Positions 13,270 through 25,634 of a stretch of 64,000 nucleotides of DNA are shown piece after piece. The position numbers and the translations under genes were made by a program. How positions within the stretch are numbered: position 1 is the stretch's first letter; each line of letters opens with the position of its first letter. Below the pieces are notes generated by a model, which worked only from the letters and a program-made list of their open reading frames with translations, was not told the DNA's origin and ran no database searches. The DNA is from Takakia lepidozioides (Eukaryota > Plantae > Bryophyta): positions 14,756,001-14,820,000 of the forward strand of contig CM060732.1 in the NCBI GenBank assembly GCA_030704615.1, read 5' to 3'.

Positions 13270-15748
13270 AGAAAAACCAGACCTTCACGGGACTTAGAGT
13301 CACAAACTACATAATTCAGCAGCAAACCCACATTATAGACTCTATATTTGTGGACGACACATTTCTCATGCTGCAAGCCTCTTAGACGAACCTGGACAGT
13401 GGTATAGACTTTCTCAATTAATTCTGTGCAGCTTCTGGGTTTAAAGTTAATTGGAGCAAGATTAGTGCGCTGCTTATGAGGGACCTTTCTGCTTCTACCT
13501 TGGGGACCTCCCCCACCTGGGAAACTCAACACGGCCTGAAATGGCTGGGACATGGTCAAACTACCACCCTCCTTGGCTACACTTTCGGTATTGACCTCAC
13601 AGATGAGCAACGGTTCGCTCCAACCCTCACTAAACTCAAACATAAGCTGGCTTACTGGGGCTCCAAACACCTATCCATCACTAGAAGAGCCCTAACAGCC
13701 AACCAGATCTTGTCTGCAGGAATCTGGTACTTTGCTACCTCCTGGGCACACCAGGCTCAAGCCAAATCAAAGAGGTCAAAAGGCTTAATTTGGGGAGCAG
13801 AAACATCCTCCCAAAACAAACGACCTCAAGCAGCTTGGCATCAGATCTACCTTCCAAAAAAGATGGGAGGCCTAGGGATCCTCGACCCGGAAACACAGAT
13901 ATCAGCCCTCTTGGGTAAATGGATGGAAATTTCTCAATATGATGGAGGCATCCCCCCTTAAACAGGCCAAATGGCTACCATCCCTACATACTCCGTCATC
14001 TTCTCAAGAAGGCAGAACCCACCTCATACCATGAAATCATGCACCAACACTTTTTTTTTAACACCAACGTCTCACCCTCTGCCCTCCAACGTTCTCAGGC
14101 CAAACGCTGGTCAGCCAGGGACAATTTGGGGATTAACCAGATCTTTAACCTGTGGGGAGACAACAACCTCAGAAGTCAGGAATCCATCTCGCTCACTGTT
14201 GGAAAGACATGGGCTTCTCTAGGTTATGATGCCATTATCCAGTCCATCAGCCCTCAATGGATTCTATCCCTGCAAGCCGGCCCCCCTTCCCCCATCTCTT
14301 CCTTTTGGGGGCTCACCATTCTTGATGCCTAGCTCACTATCCTCTTTGTTCAATAGTCAACAAACCAAAACCACTTGGCCTACTCCTTCACTATTGGCAT
14401 TGTCACCTTGTCCCTCAATCTTGTTTCTACCCTACCCTCCATTCTACCCTCTCTCCCCCTCACTCTGGTTAGAATTTGTTGTTGGTCATCAACCTCCAAA
14501 GAAATGAACCCTCTGCCCCCTCCTGCAATCCCCATACACATCTGGTTGGCCACCAGTAGGTTTGTCTGGATTTCAGGAAGACCATTGGCAAAGCTTCACT
14601 TTGACCCAGACGAATGGTCATGGTCATTCTCGAGGACCCCAGAACCCTTCTTCACATATTCAACGAAAAAAGGTTACAAATTCCTCATTAATGCTCAGCC
14701 TCTTCAGGCCAAATGGGATGCTAGATGGGAACATAAGGGTTTCAGAGGGGAGAACTGGTCTTCCATTTGGAAATCTATCTCGATCAAAATACGCCCTGCC
14801 AAAATTGCAGCATTCCTCTGGCAAATAGCCAACGGAGTGCTCAAGGTAGGAGAATGGCTACAGTTCAATGACGCCCTCTTATGCGCCTGCTGCTCTTCAG
14901 GGATCATTGAATCAATCGAGCATAGCCTCATCTTCTGCCACGCCCCAGCAAACATCTGGCCTTTCATCAAAGACATATACCAACACTGGAACAATAGACC
15001 CATTTCCACCATCGACCTCCTTCTCAACTACGACACTGGCACCGAGCAAACTTCTATAAAATGTCTAGTATTCGAAACCCTCAGGAGTTCCACGCTATGG
15101 CACCTATGGAAGGCCAGATGCGCGAAGTGCTTCTCGGCTGAAACAACATCAATCTCTGCTTTGCTTTGCAGGTCTTTTACGATCTAGGCACTGAATCAGG
15201 AAAGCTCGGGCAAAAATGTGTGCAGATATCAAACGGAGGTCGCAGAACGGGGCTGCAATCCACAACATCTTTAGGAATACATGGGGCTGTCATGGAATCA
15301 TTTGCCACACTGCCTTGCAAGATCTCTGCGACTGGACCGAGCTCCCTCCCCCCCCCCCCCCCCCCCCAGTTGGCAAGGCCTCCGCTCCACAATCTAGAGC
15401 CTCCCCCGAGTTTGATCGTGAGATTAAAGCACCTTAAGTCTACCACGAAAGCCTCACGGCTTCAATACACATGGCCTTTCACAAGTCAATTTTTTATGAA
15501 TGATAGCTGCTACTACATCTAGGGTCCTTTCCAATGGCAGGCCCTTAGGGCATGTCTTTCTGGATCATCGGGTCGCTCCATTGCAACGTCCAAGTTGTCG
15601 TCAATACCTCTCGCGGGGTGATAGTTCGTTTTGGTGTGTGCCCCCTTATGGTGTGCCATGGGGTTTTAATGTTTTTCCCCAAATAATTCTAAACAAAGTT
15701 TCCCAGGGCCTCTGACCCTCGTTTTTTAATATTAAGAAAAAAAAAAAT
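13270..15748 (+). mobile_element. 5'-truncated L1/Tx1-like LINE (RT C-terminus, zf-RVT/CCHC, 3' UTR, poly-A)
   Basis: FVDDT, SGFKVNWSK-like, GGLGILDP, PAKIAAFLW..CACC..ESIEHSLIFC, WHLWKARC; A-tail at ~15735-15748; frameshifted. Confidence 0.9.
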
Positions 15749-16037
15749 GGACCATCGCCCCTACCTAACATGTGCTAAAAATGAAGAATAGTAGCGGGCC
15801 CTTGGCTGGACATGGCCCTCACATGTACACCCGCCCAACTTTATAGCTATACCATGTGTATAGTCCTTGTTTTTGCCCACAATTCGGGTATTGCAAGGGT
15901 ATCGCACTTGTCAACACCAGCCTATGTAGGGTATTGACCTAGGTATTGGAATTGCCAATACCAGGCGGCTCAATTATTTTAACACCCCGGTTGATACCCG
16001 GCCAGGCCTTGTATACCAGTCCAACACTGGTTGATAC

Positions 16038-16785
16038 CAGTGTTGGGCGGTTAACCGCCAGTTCCGGACCGGACCAGAACTTGACCCAGTCTGCAGAAGT
16101 GGATCCGGAACCGGACCGGCAAATAGGGATCAGCCTAGAACCGGAACCGGCGGTTCCTACCGGGAGCCACACCTGTGAGAACCGGCGACATGGGCTAAAC
16201 GCAAGTTCCGGTTCAGGTTCTTGGATCCTCCCAAAACCCTTGGTGGGCCATGCCATGGCATAAGATGGCCTGGAGACCTGGTGGCCCCATGGCAAAACTC
16301 TTAAGTCTCTCAAGCTCCATGAGATCCTAGGTTCAAATCCTGGACCTCCATGAGATCTTTGGTTTAATCTTCAGCTCCATGAGATCTTGGGTTCAACCCT
16401 TCAGCTCCCGGTGAGAGTCCTGGGTTCACTAATCAAATTACTAGTATATGCCGATACATCAAGATAGCTCAATTATATTCATAACTTCAAGCCACAAAAA
16501 TTTATCTATTTTTCTCTCACAGGTTTTTTAGTTTATTTTTGTTTCAATGAAAACTAACCAAATCCCAATATTTTAAAAACAATTAGATGAAATAAAAACA
16601 ATTTAAAAATAGAACCGGAACCTAACCGGAAACGATGGGTTTTTTCAACAACCAGAACCGCTAAAAGTTGGATCCGGGACCGGCTCAAGAAAAAAAAACC
16701 GGAACTTGATCCGGAACTTGAAATTATTTTATTGAGGAACCAAAACCGAAGGTTCCTTCACAAATGCAAGAACCGCCCAACACTG
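16038..16785. mobile_element. Non-autonomous hAT element (MITE-like)
   Basis: Perfect 15-bp TIRs CAGTGTTGGGCGGTT / AACCGCCCAACACTG; 8-bp TSD GTTGATAC (16030-16037 and 16786-16793); GAACCGG subterminal motifs. Confidence 0.93.
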
Positions 16786-19189
16786 GTTGATACCAACACA
16801 AGAAATCGACAAATTCATTTTGTTGGACACATTTAACATTATTTCATGTTTTAAATCTTGGGATGAGAGACCACCTCAAACATCCTTCTGGATATTATCA
16901 TTAAAGATTGAATAATGTTCCATTCTTTGGACCTTCTTCAACCAAACCAAACAAATATCTTTCAAGAAATATGCAAAGCCTTATTAACCACATACCAAAC
17001 TTTCCATACCTCTACACAACCGCTACCTATAGATTCTTACCTTTTCAAATTCCTCCCCACCTCCAGGTTCATCACCATTACCTACATGTTGAACTAACAC
17101 TGCGGCATGGCCTGAAACAGCTCTTCTCTTTTCTCAAGTAACTTATCAAAGATTATCCATTTCAAACAACACCAGCTCACCTGAACCGTTCGTCTATGCA
17201 GATTAGGTTTGTCCAACAACACTTTGTGGACCTTATTTAGTCATTTCTTAACATGGCTTCAAGAAGATTAAGAGACCATGCATATTTGTGCATCAACTGA
17301 TCTGAGGGCTGGACTAGAAGCTGACAATGCACTGTAACATTCCCTCTCACTGGGTCCTTCCACAAGATGTGCAGCACAAGGAAACATGATGAACCATTAA
17401 TATTTTCCAAAAAACAATAAAATACAAAAAGTCACAGAGCTGAGAAGACCCTAGAAACAACCAGAAAGACATGGCTATGATTGCTGTGAAATCAAGCACA
17501 CTTGAGCTGTTTGGCAGTCCTGGTTAATTAGAGTGGGGAAATTTACTATCCAACCCTGAACAGATATGACCACTGTAAATGGCAACAAAACCACATAAGG
17601 AAGTTCAACTCAATTGAACAATGGAATGGATCAGCCTGAGGATGGCCCTAGGTGAAAGGCTTAGACCTAGAGTGGACACAAAGGAAGCCATCACCCAGAA
17701 GACACCCCCGAATGGAACAATCCACTCCGGACAGGGCTAGGCCCTCACTAGAACGGCTGCTCAGTACCCTTTGTCAAGACTACATTTAACATCCATTTTG
17801 ATATCACATTTTCCCATTTAGCATAATCCATGTAATTCACAAGGGACACTCCAAATAGGATATCCACCTGATTTATGAGAAATCCTTAACAGGGAATTAT
17901 GCTAAGGACTGTCTAGAATAAAGGAACAACTGTATGGGATACATGCAGGCCTAACCAGCAGTATTATCAAGCTCTTATCATCTGAAATGGTCAATAGAAT
18001 CATCGAGAGGTTGAGACCTGTTTAATTCAAAGATTCAAGCACAATTGCCCTTGAGGCCACCTTGCCACGTCCCGGCGTTGCAGGATGGCCCCGACGCTGG
18101 GGGACGACACCTGGGCGCTGGGTTGCGACGCGGCGGCGTCACAAGAAGCGCCGGGGCATCGCCTTGCCACACCCCGGCGTCACAAATCGGCGTCGTGGCG
18201 CCGGCGTTGCACGCTCAGTGCCGTGCAAGGCGTGGGGGCGCGGCTGCCGTCACTAACCCCCCCTTTTTGCAGTAGTAGTTGGTTAAGGTATCAGTGTTGT
18301 GGTGCTGGTGGAGGCCTCCCCGCACGGCTGGGTTTGTGGAGCGATGACTGTCATCCCCCAAACAGTTAAAAATGTTCTCTTTTCTGTTTGTTTTGCTTCC
18401 TTGCAATCTTTGGCGTTCTCGTGCTTAGTTTCATGTGTATTTGACCTTGATAGCAAGTGTGGAAGCTTGCCATTCACCTCGTGCATCCTCACTAACTCGC
18501 AACGCTTTGTGGTTCTTTTTGGGACGGGCACATGTGAGGGCTTCCACTTAATATGCTGAATTTTAGGTGCTGCAGGATGCCAAGAGGGTTGCAGAGCTGT
18601 GGAGGTGGTTGCTGGCCATGGATTCATCTTAAAATGTTGAAAAACTAAACTACTCTATGGTTTTTCTTGATCCTACCTCTTTGTTTTATCTATGAAGAAC
18701 AAGTGTTTATGGTGGGCAACTTCTTCCCAGCCAGTGGAAGGCCTTTGTTATGCTGTGACAGCCGAGCATATGGTGGCTTGTGTAGGACACACATCTGATT
18801 TTTGGGCCTTAGTTTGCTTTGTTTACCCTCTGGTAGGTTAAACAGTAAAAATGGGGGCTGCAAGGAACATTTTGCTGCAGCCACTTGGGTACCCATGATG
18901 GTAAAATGCCCCTGCTTTGTTTAAACCTGGATGGCGTTTCTTAGCTGCATACTTAGGCCATGGTATGGTGAAGTTTATGCTAATGGCCACTTGGTTGACA
19001 ATAAAAAATGGCAGCAATACCTTTGGTGACTGGTTTTTGAAGCAGCCAGGGAGCTTAAGTGGAAGCACTCCCTGGGCATGGTGTAATGACATGGTCAAAT
19101 GTGGTGTGATGTAAATGTGGTATGTAGGCAATGTCATGTACTGTCATGGGATGTTTGTGCAGTGTCATATGCTTGCTTTGCTGTGTCAT

Positions 19190-19610
19190 GAACTTTGATT
19201 CTCAGCTGCAGCAAGGAATAATGGTATAGCGGTGATCTGCAAAATTAACCAGGGCTGTTCCCCTCCCCTGTATGGGCTGCTAGCATAGCAATTTGCCATA
19301 CTATGGCCTTGTAATGCAGCCTGTAGTCTGTAGTTGATTTGAAATGATAAAGGTACCAACACAAGGACTTTTTTCAAGTTGTGCTGCACACCAGTTTAAA
19401 CAAATACTGGCAGATAAATTTATTTATATCTGAGGTACCCAAGTTCTATTTTTTTAGTAAAAACCTCCATGACACCCATGGGGTTTGAGTAAGTACACTA
19501 GGATTCCAGCTTGTGGACATCAATCAACTCGGTTGTAAAATTTGTGTGACCATTTGACCTGCAACACATCAAGGCCAAAATATGGCCAAGTGCCCAACAT
19601 CCCACCCATA
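19190..19610 (-). pseudogene. Possible KDZ (Kyakuja-Dileera-Zisupton) transposase remnant
   Basis: Degenerate LALMCCRSNGH..IDVHKLE..Y, then ..DINKFICQY.., then LQGHSMANCYASSPYRGGEQPW, in the order expected for the KDZ CRH..D..GE / YD..C / H..H..C..SP..GE..E..W motifs. Confidence 0.3.
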
Positions 19611-19948
19611 CCTGTGAATGTATATCCTGATTATGACTGATGGTCAATTAGTATTTTTACTTACTCTTTGGGTTATGAAGATTACTGACATGAACACATT
19701 ATTGTGCATAGAGGTAATTTTGGATTTTCCAGCTTGATGATTGATGGATGGTGCCACTGAAAAGAGGCTGATATGTCTGATTATTCTTATTCTTCTTGAC
19801 AACGACCCTAGGGGTGTTGTCCTTGTCTTGACATGACAAAATTATCTTCCCTCACCATAGAGTCCATGGCCTGCCAGCTTAACGATCTTGGGGAGGCCAC
19901 AACAGATCGAGCAGTAATCACCAAGATTATTTGTAGTTTATCTCCTTA

Positions 19949-20530
19949 GTGTGCGGTGCCACTGAAAGAGGTGTGCGGTGCCGCACACCCCTTTTCAGGG
20001 TTTTGTTTTTCATTTTTTGGGGTTTTTTAGGGTTTTTAAAGGGTTTTTAGGGTTTTGTTTTAGTGTGCGGTGCCACTGAAAGAGGTGTGCGGTGCCACAC
20101 ACCCCTTTTCAGGGTTTTGTTTTTTTCATTTTTTTTAGGTTATTTTAGGTTTGGTAAAGGGTTTTTAGGGGTTTCTTAGGGTTTTTAAAAAAAAAGTGTG
20201 CGGTGCCATTGAAAGAGGTGTGCGGTGCTACACACCCCTTTTCAGGAGTTTTTGTTTTTCAGGTTTTTAAGGGTTCTTAGGGTTTTTTTAGGGTTTTTTC
20301 TTAGTGTGCGGTGCCACTAAAAGCGGTGTGTGGTGCCGCACACCCCTTTTCAGGGGATGTTTTTTTTTTCTTTTTGGGGGTTTTTTAGGGTTTTGTTTTG
20401 TTTTGTGTTTTTTTCTACACAGATGCCACTGAGATGCTGCACAGCATTTTCAGGGGTTTTTTTTAGGGTTTTTTTGGGGGTTTTTTGGCCTAGAAATGCT
20501 ACTGAAAGTGGTGCGTGCCCACCACTTTCT
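19949..20530. repeat. Tandem array (4 full + partial units, ~110-135 bp) with hairpin CTGAAAGAGGTGTGCG-GTGC-CGCACACCCCTTTTCAG and TTTAGGG-like spacers
   Basis: Units start ~19949, 20062, 20195, 20303. Confidence 0.9.
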
Positions 20531-20999
20531 GTGTTTTTTGGCAATTGCCGATCAAAATGGTGTCGTCTTGTTTGCAATATGCAGCATAGGTCAGGAGTTG
20601 ACGGTCCTACCTATTCATTGAAGCCATGTGCTCTTCTTTCGTAATGGTGTCTAATTTCATCATACTTTACATGCCTATTCCCACGGTTATAGGTCCAACG
20701 GGAATAGGTACTCTTTCTTCAACCGCAAGTCTTATGGCATTTGCTGACATGGCCTTCGCTCGCGCTGACGTGACATCCGCTCACGCTGACGTGGCCTAAG
20801 CGTGGGCTCACGCCGTAGCGTCGCTCCTCTTCCTGCTATATTTCCGCTCACTTCCCACGACGGGTCTCAGAGTTTGGTTTTTTTTTTGCCTTTAACTAAA
20901 ATCTTTTGCAGAGCTTTGACTTCCGGAGGCCTCTCTCTCTATAGGGGCGCCATCTGTCGCAATCAACATTTCGCCCATCATCTTTGGCTGCCCCGACGG

Positions 21000-23900
21000 C
21001 TCCCCCGTCCATTCTCATCTCAAGGCAGGTTCACACCGCAAAAAATCAGTCCGTCCCATCCGGACGTGGCGGCTGCAGCGGGTGTGGCGGGCCGGGGTCC
21101 ACCCTTGAGGAACGTGACGGCGAGGAAGGGACAAACGGCCTGGCCACTGTAGGTACTTCCCGCTGTCCATCGTTGTCCATCCCATCCCTCATTCCTTCTC
21201 CCTGGCTATCATGGCTAAAACATGTGTGTAGGGTTTAGCCGGAGGCTCTTTAGAGAGCTTTCTTGCTAAACTTATATGTTGCGTCACGTGTGTACTATCG
21301 CGTGTGAACATGTTGCACCGTCAGTCCCGTGCGTCCCCCTCCACACGTGCGGAGGGCCCACCACTATGGCTAGATGGGACGGACGGTTTTTTGCCGTTTG
21401 AACTTGCCTTCAAGCAGCAACAGATTCGCCTCCACTTGGATTTCCAGGAAGGACGTGCTGGCTCTCACACCGGGCAAGGAGCTGGAGCTCATTCTCAATA
21501 AAAATAAGGGAGCTTTTCTCTTCTCCCCTCCCCCACTGTTCTCTTTCCTCTGATTCGGCAATGTTCTTTGGCTCTCGACTTCATCAGTCGGCTTCTAATA
21601 GGAAATTGACTTATGTTGAAGTCTTATCGGTTATGAGACTTTCTGATGTTTCCTCTCTTCAAGCAGGTGACCCATGCCTAAAATGGATTTCGGGGCCTAC
21701 GGTCCCAATGGAGCTTGGAGGGGAGACGGGTCGCCCCTTCATGGTGGCCACCTACGAAGCAGGCATGATGCTGGTGGATGCGCTGCGATCCTCTCTGAAG
21801 TACACTTGCAACTCAGAAAGACCCTCGGCTTCCGACGATCTTGCGATCATCCCAATCCCGGAAACGGACAACTCGTCATTTTGCATGGCACCCCTGGACC
21901 TTGCCATCCCCTCCCCCCCTGCGGTGAGCTCTAGCTCACTCCTCTTGCCGCTTTTTATTTTCCATGAGGGAGCAAGCCCCGACTCGGGTTGGGTTTTGAC
22001 TGCTGACTCTACAAGCTCCATAGTCTCCCTGCCTGCTTTAAGCTGTTCGAGAGTGTGCACTTTCAAAAAGGGCTTGCTGTTCATTTCTAAATTTCTCGGA
22101 GTCTCTTACTAGTCTATACTGAATATCTTTAAGATTAGAGTAATTGATCACCCGGAATCTGGAGTATTTGGTTCCTCTTCTGACAGGGTGTCAATCTGGT
22201 TTGTTGGCTCTTTGGAAGTTCCGGCCCCCTCTGGATACAAATGGGTTCCTTCTATGCTTCTTGCTCACCCCCGATTGAGATTCAAGGTCACCCCCCTACA
22301 GCCATCAAATCGTGATCACATCACGGGCTTTGCAGTCATCCCTCCATGAGCTGGAAATTGATCTCTTGTAACATCGGGGGCATTGGCTCCACTCGGCATC
22401 CGTGCCTAAGCAATCTAGGATTAATTATATGGCTTCCTCTCTCGTTTCTTCAGATTGTATCATCTTCCTTCAAGAGCATAAGTTGGATTGTAGAAAAATC
22501 GCTTCCTTAGGGCAATCGCTTTGGCCTTCCGCGTCAGCTTGGTGGAATCGACTATTATAGACTCTAGAGGAGGTACATCAATTTTAATATCTCCTCTTCC
22601 TTTGATAGAGTTGAAATCTGGGTACTGGGAAGAGCCCAGTGTGCCTTCTCTAATTCTACGTCCAAGTTCGGTTCTTCTGCCTAAGTTGTAAATATTTATG
22701 CGGCCAACGCGGTGGGAGATCGCATAGATTTTTGGACCACTCTTCATTCCAATATTCTGAAGTTTCTGCTGATTTCCAACTGGGTTCTTTCCGGGGATTT
22801 TAACATGGTGGAAAGCTCTTCAGATAGGCTCAATTCAACCACCTTGCCTCTCTCTCCGGAGAAGCAATTGCAAGCTGTTTGGGATAGTCTCTGTTTTTCT
22901 GTAGGCTTTTCGGATGTCTTCCGGCATGACCGCAATGATCTTAGATTCACTTGGACTAATAATAGAAGCCCACCGCACATTTTTATGGCTAGGCTTGATA
23001 GATTTTACTGCTCTTCACTCATGGCATTTGGGCCACCTCTCCTCCCCTACCGCCAATTCTTCCTGACTTTGATCATGCCATGATCTCTCTTCAGCTAAGA
23101 CCCCCAGGACTTCACCGCAAGGGGAGAGGATTCTTTAAATTAAATCCGGCATTGCTTCGTTCTCTAGTCATGGTGCAAAATCTAGCCTCTGTTTGGAAGG
23201 ACTCTAGAAATTCCGTCATCTCTCCAACGTATAGGTTTCTTATTAAGCTAGCAGCTGCCAGGAAATTGGCCCAAGACCTTTCTAGCAAGATGGCTCTCGA
23301 GCGCTCCAGGAAAGAGAAATCGTTGCTTAAATGCATAGCCCATTGTCAATGGCTTATAGAATCCAACTTGGTTGGACCTGTCACCTTGCAATCCCTTCTC
23401 TGTGCCAAACGCGAGCTAGCTGAGCTACGTGCAGCTAATGAAATATATCTGAGAAGGAAAGCGAGGGTGAATTGGTCCTTGCAAGGGGAAAAGATGACAT
23501 CCTACTTCTTCCAAAAAACGAACCAAGAAGGGCAGCTACATCCATTTCTTCCCTGCGTGATAGGATGAATGTTCCTCAAAATAATCCTAAGCTCATGGCT
23601 TCCATAGCTGCAGATTATTTCGCTGAACTTTTTTCCCCTCCTCCCGTTCCTGTGTCATCTACCCCTAGTTTTGCCAGGGTGCTGGACTCGGTCCCCGTCA
23701 TATTCCTTGATGATCAGGATAGAGAGGCGCTTTCGGCCCCCTTCACCGCCTTGGAACTATTAGAGGCCACGGAGGCTCTCGCTTCCTTGAAATTGCCGGG
23801 CTTAGATGGTCTCCCAATTGAATTCTTTAAGTCCTTGTGGGAGCACTGGGGGGGTGATTTTCTTCTTATGCCAATGACATCTTAGCCAAGGGTATCATGC

Positions 23901-25605
23901 CCTCGCAGATGTCCCAAGGTGTCATTGCTCTCATTTTTAAGAAAGGGGACAAAGATTTGATTACCAATTACAGGCCAATAACCTTGCTAAACTCGTCTTA
24001 TAAGATTATTGCTAAAGCCTTGGCAATGAGGCTTCAGCCCTATCGAAAGACTTGTACGACGAGAGCAAACAAGCTTCATGAAAAACAGGCTAATCCTTGA
24101 CAATATTCTGCTTGCGATTGAGGAATTGAACCATGCCTATGTGGATGATCAACCCCTAGCCCTGATCATGCTTGATTTCAAAAAAGCGTTTGATAATGTA
24201 GATTGGTCCTTCCTACTGGGGGTCATGGCTAAGCTAGGCTTTGCAGGACCTTCCTCTCCTGGGTTCGCATTATGCTATCCTCGGGATCAAGCAAGGTATT
24301 GGTCAATGGTGTTCTCTCTACCTCCTTCCCACTGCATAGATCGGTGAGGCAGGGGTGTCTCTTGGCTCCCTTTTAATTTTTGTTGGCGGCAGATGCACTT
24401 GGCCAGCTGCTCCACAATAACCCGGACATTCAAGGGTTGAAGATACCCCGCTCCCTTTCTCCTCCCGCTGGTGGCAAATCGTCTATGTACGTAGATGACA
24501 CAGTGCTTCTCATTGATAACTCCCTATCTTCCAATGTAAGAGCCGGCATCCAGGACCTCAATTGTTTTTGTTCTGCATCTGGCCTAAAGGTCAACTGGGG
24601 AAAGACAGTCGCAATTTTATCCAAGATCAGATTGCAAGCTTCCTGTTCTCACTGTGATCCCTGGGGGGAAGATCTGGGCCTTATCTGGCTTCAAGAGGGG
24701 CAGGCCCATACTCTTTTGGGGCACCTTATCGGTCATGGGCTCTCTGATGAACAACGTTGTGAAGGTGTTGTGCGCATTGGTAAAAAGCAGCTAAGCTATT
24801 GGAGCTCGCTTTCCCTCTCCATCGTAGGAAGAGCCCTCATTGCCAATCAAGTAGTCTTGGCTTCTTCCTGGTTTTCCGCCTCAGTTTGGCACCCGGGCTC
24901 GCAGATAGTTGGTCAACTTAAGGTGCTCACCAGGAATTTCATCTGGGGAGCCACCCCTGATTCCCCAAAGAGGAGGGCGTTGGTTAGTTGGGCGCAGATC
25001 TCGCAGAAAAAGATAAATGGAGGACTGGGGATCATTGACCCTCAGTCCCAGATCCTCTCCTTGCTAGCCAAGTGGGTTCCAAGGATGCTCACTAATCTGT
25101 CTTCACCTTGGAGTATGCTAGTCAGAAACCATGTCATGGATGCATCCCCCTCCACTGGCCCATGGCCGTGCAGTCTCTCCGTTAGATAGTGCAGGGTGTG
25201 AGATCCACAAGAGCCTCGCCCTCGGGATCTAGGGCGTGGCAGTCATTGGTCTGCCTGGCTGAGGTTACGCCCCTTACTATTTCAAACAACTCCTTCTACT
25301 ATAGAAGAGGTCCTAGACCGCCAACCCCTCTTTGGAAATCTTAACTCGGATTCTGGAGAACTTATTCCCTGCTCGAAGAAATGGGCATTCTGGGAACAGG
25401 TAGGGATCTCGCATTTCTCTCACATCTAGGATGAAAGGGCCTTCGCTCTAAGGATACCATTTTGCCGTTCTTATGCTCTCGCAGAGCTGCAGCCTGGGAT
25501 CTTATTATCAACCAGATTCTTGTTCGTTGGACCAATGTTTGCTCGCTGCCTTCTGCCTTATGATCTTTTGCCCATATGGATGGGAGGTTGGGATCAGGAT
25601 CAGGC
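21000..25605 (+). mobile_element. L1-like LINE, degenerate: ORF1 remnant, APE endonuclease, RT; 3' end missing
   Basis: WKLISCNIGG (~22350), LQEHK, NIYAAN, GDFN, RLDRFY; PGLDG, NYRPITLLN, LDFKKAFDNVDW, YVDD (24488-24499), GGLGIIDP; multiple stops and frameshifts. Confidence 0.92.
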
Positions 25606-25634
25606 GAAGCTAGGATATAACCTTCTCAGACCCC

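Noticed and set aside
16328-16345. tRNA gene (GGTTCAAATCC)
   Set aside because: No A-box or cloverleaf; the motif is part of a short tandem repeat.
20000-20480. Interstitial telomere (TTTAGGG), also CCCTAA at ~10358-10378
   Set aside because: Only scattered single or degenerate units within T-rich spacers; no true tandem tract.
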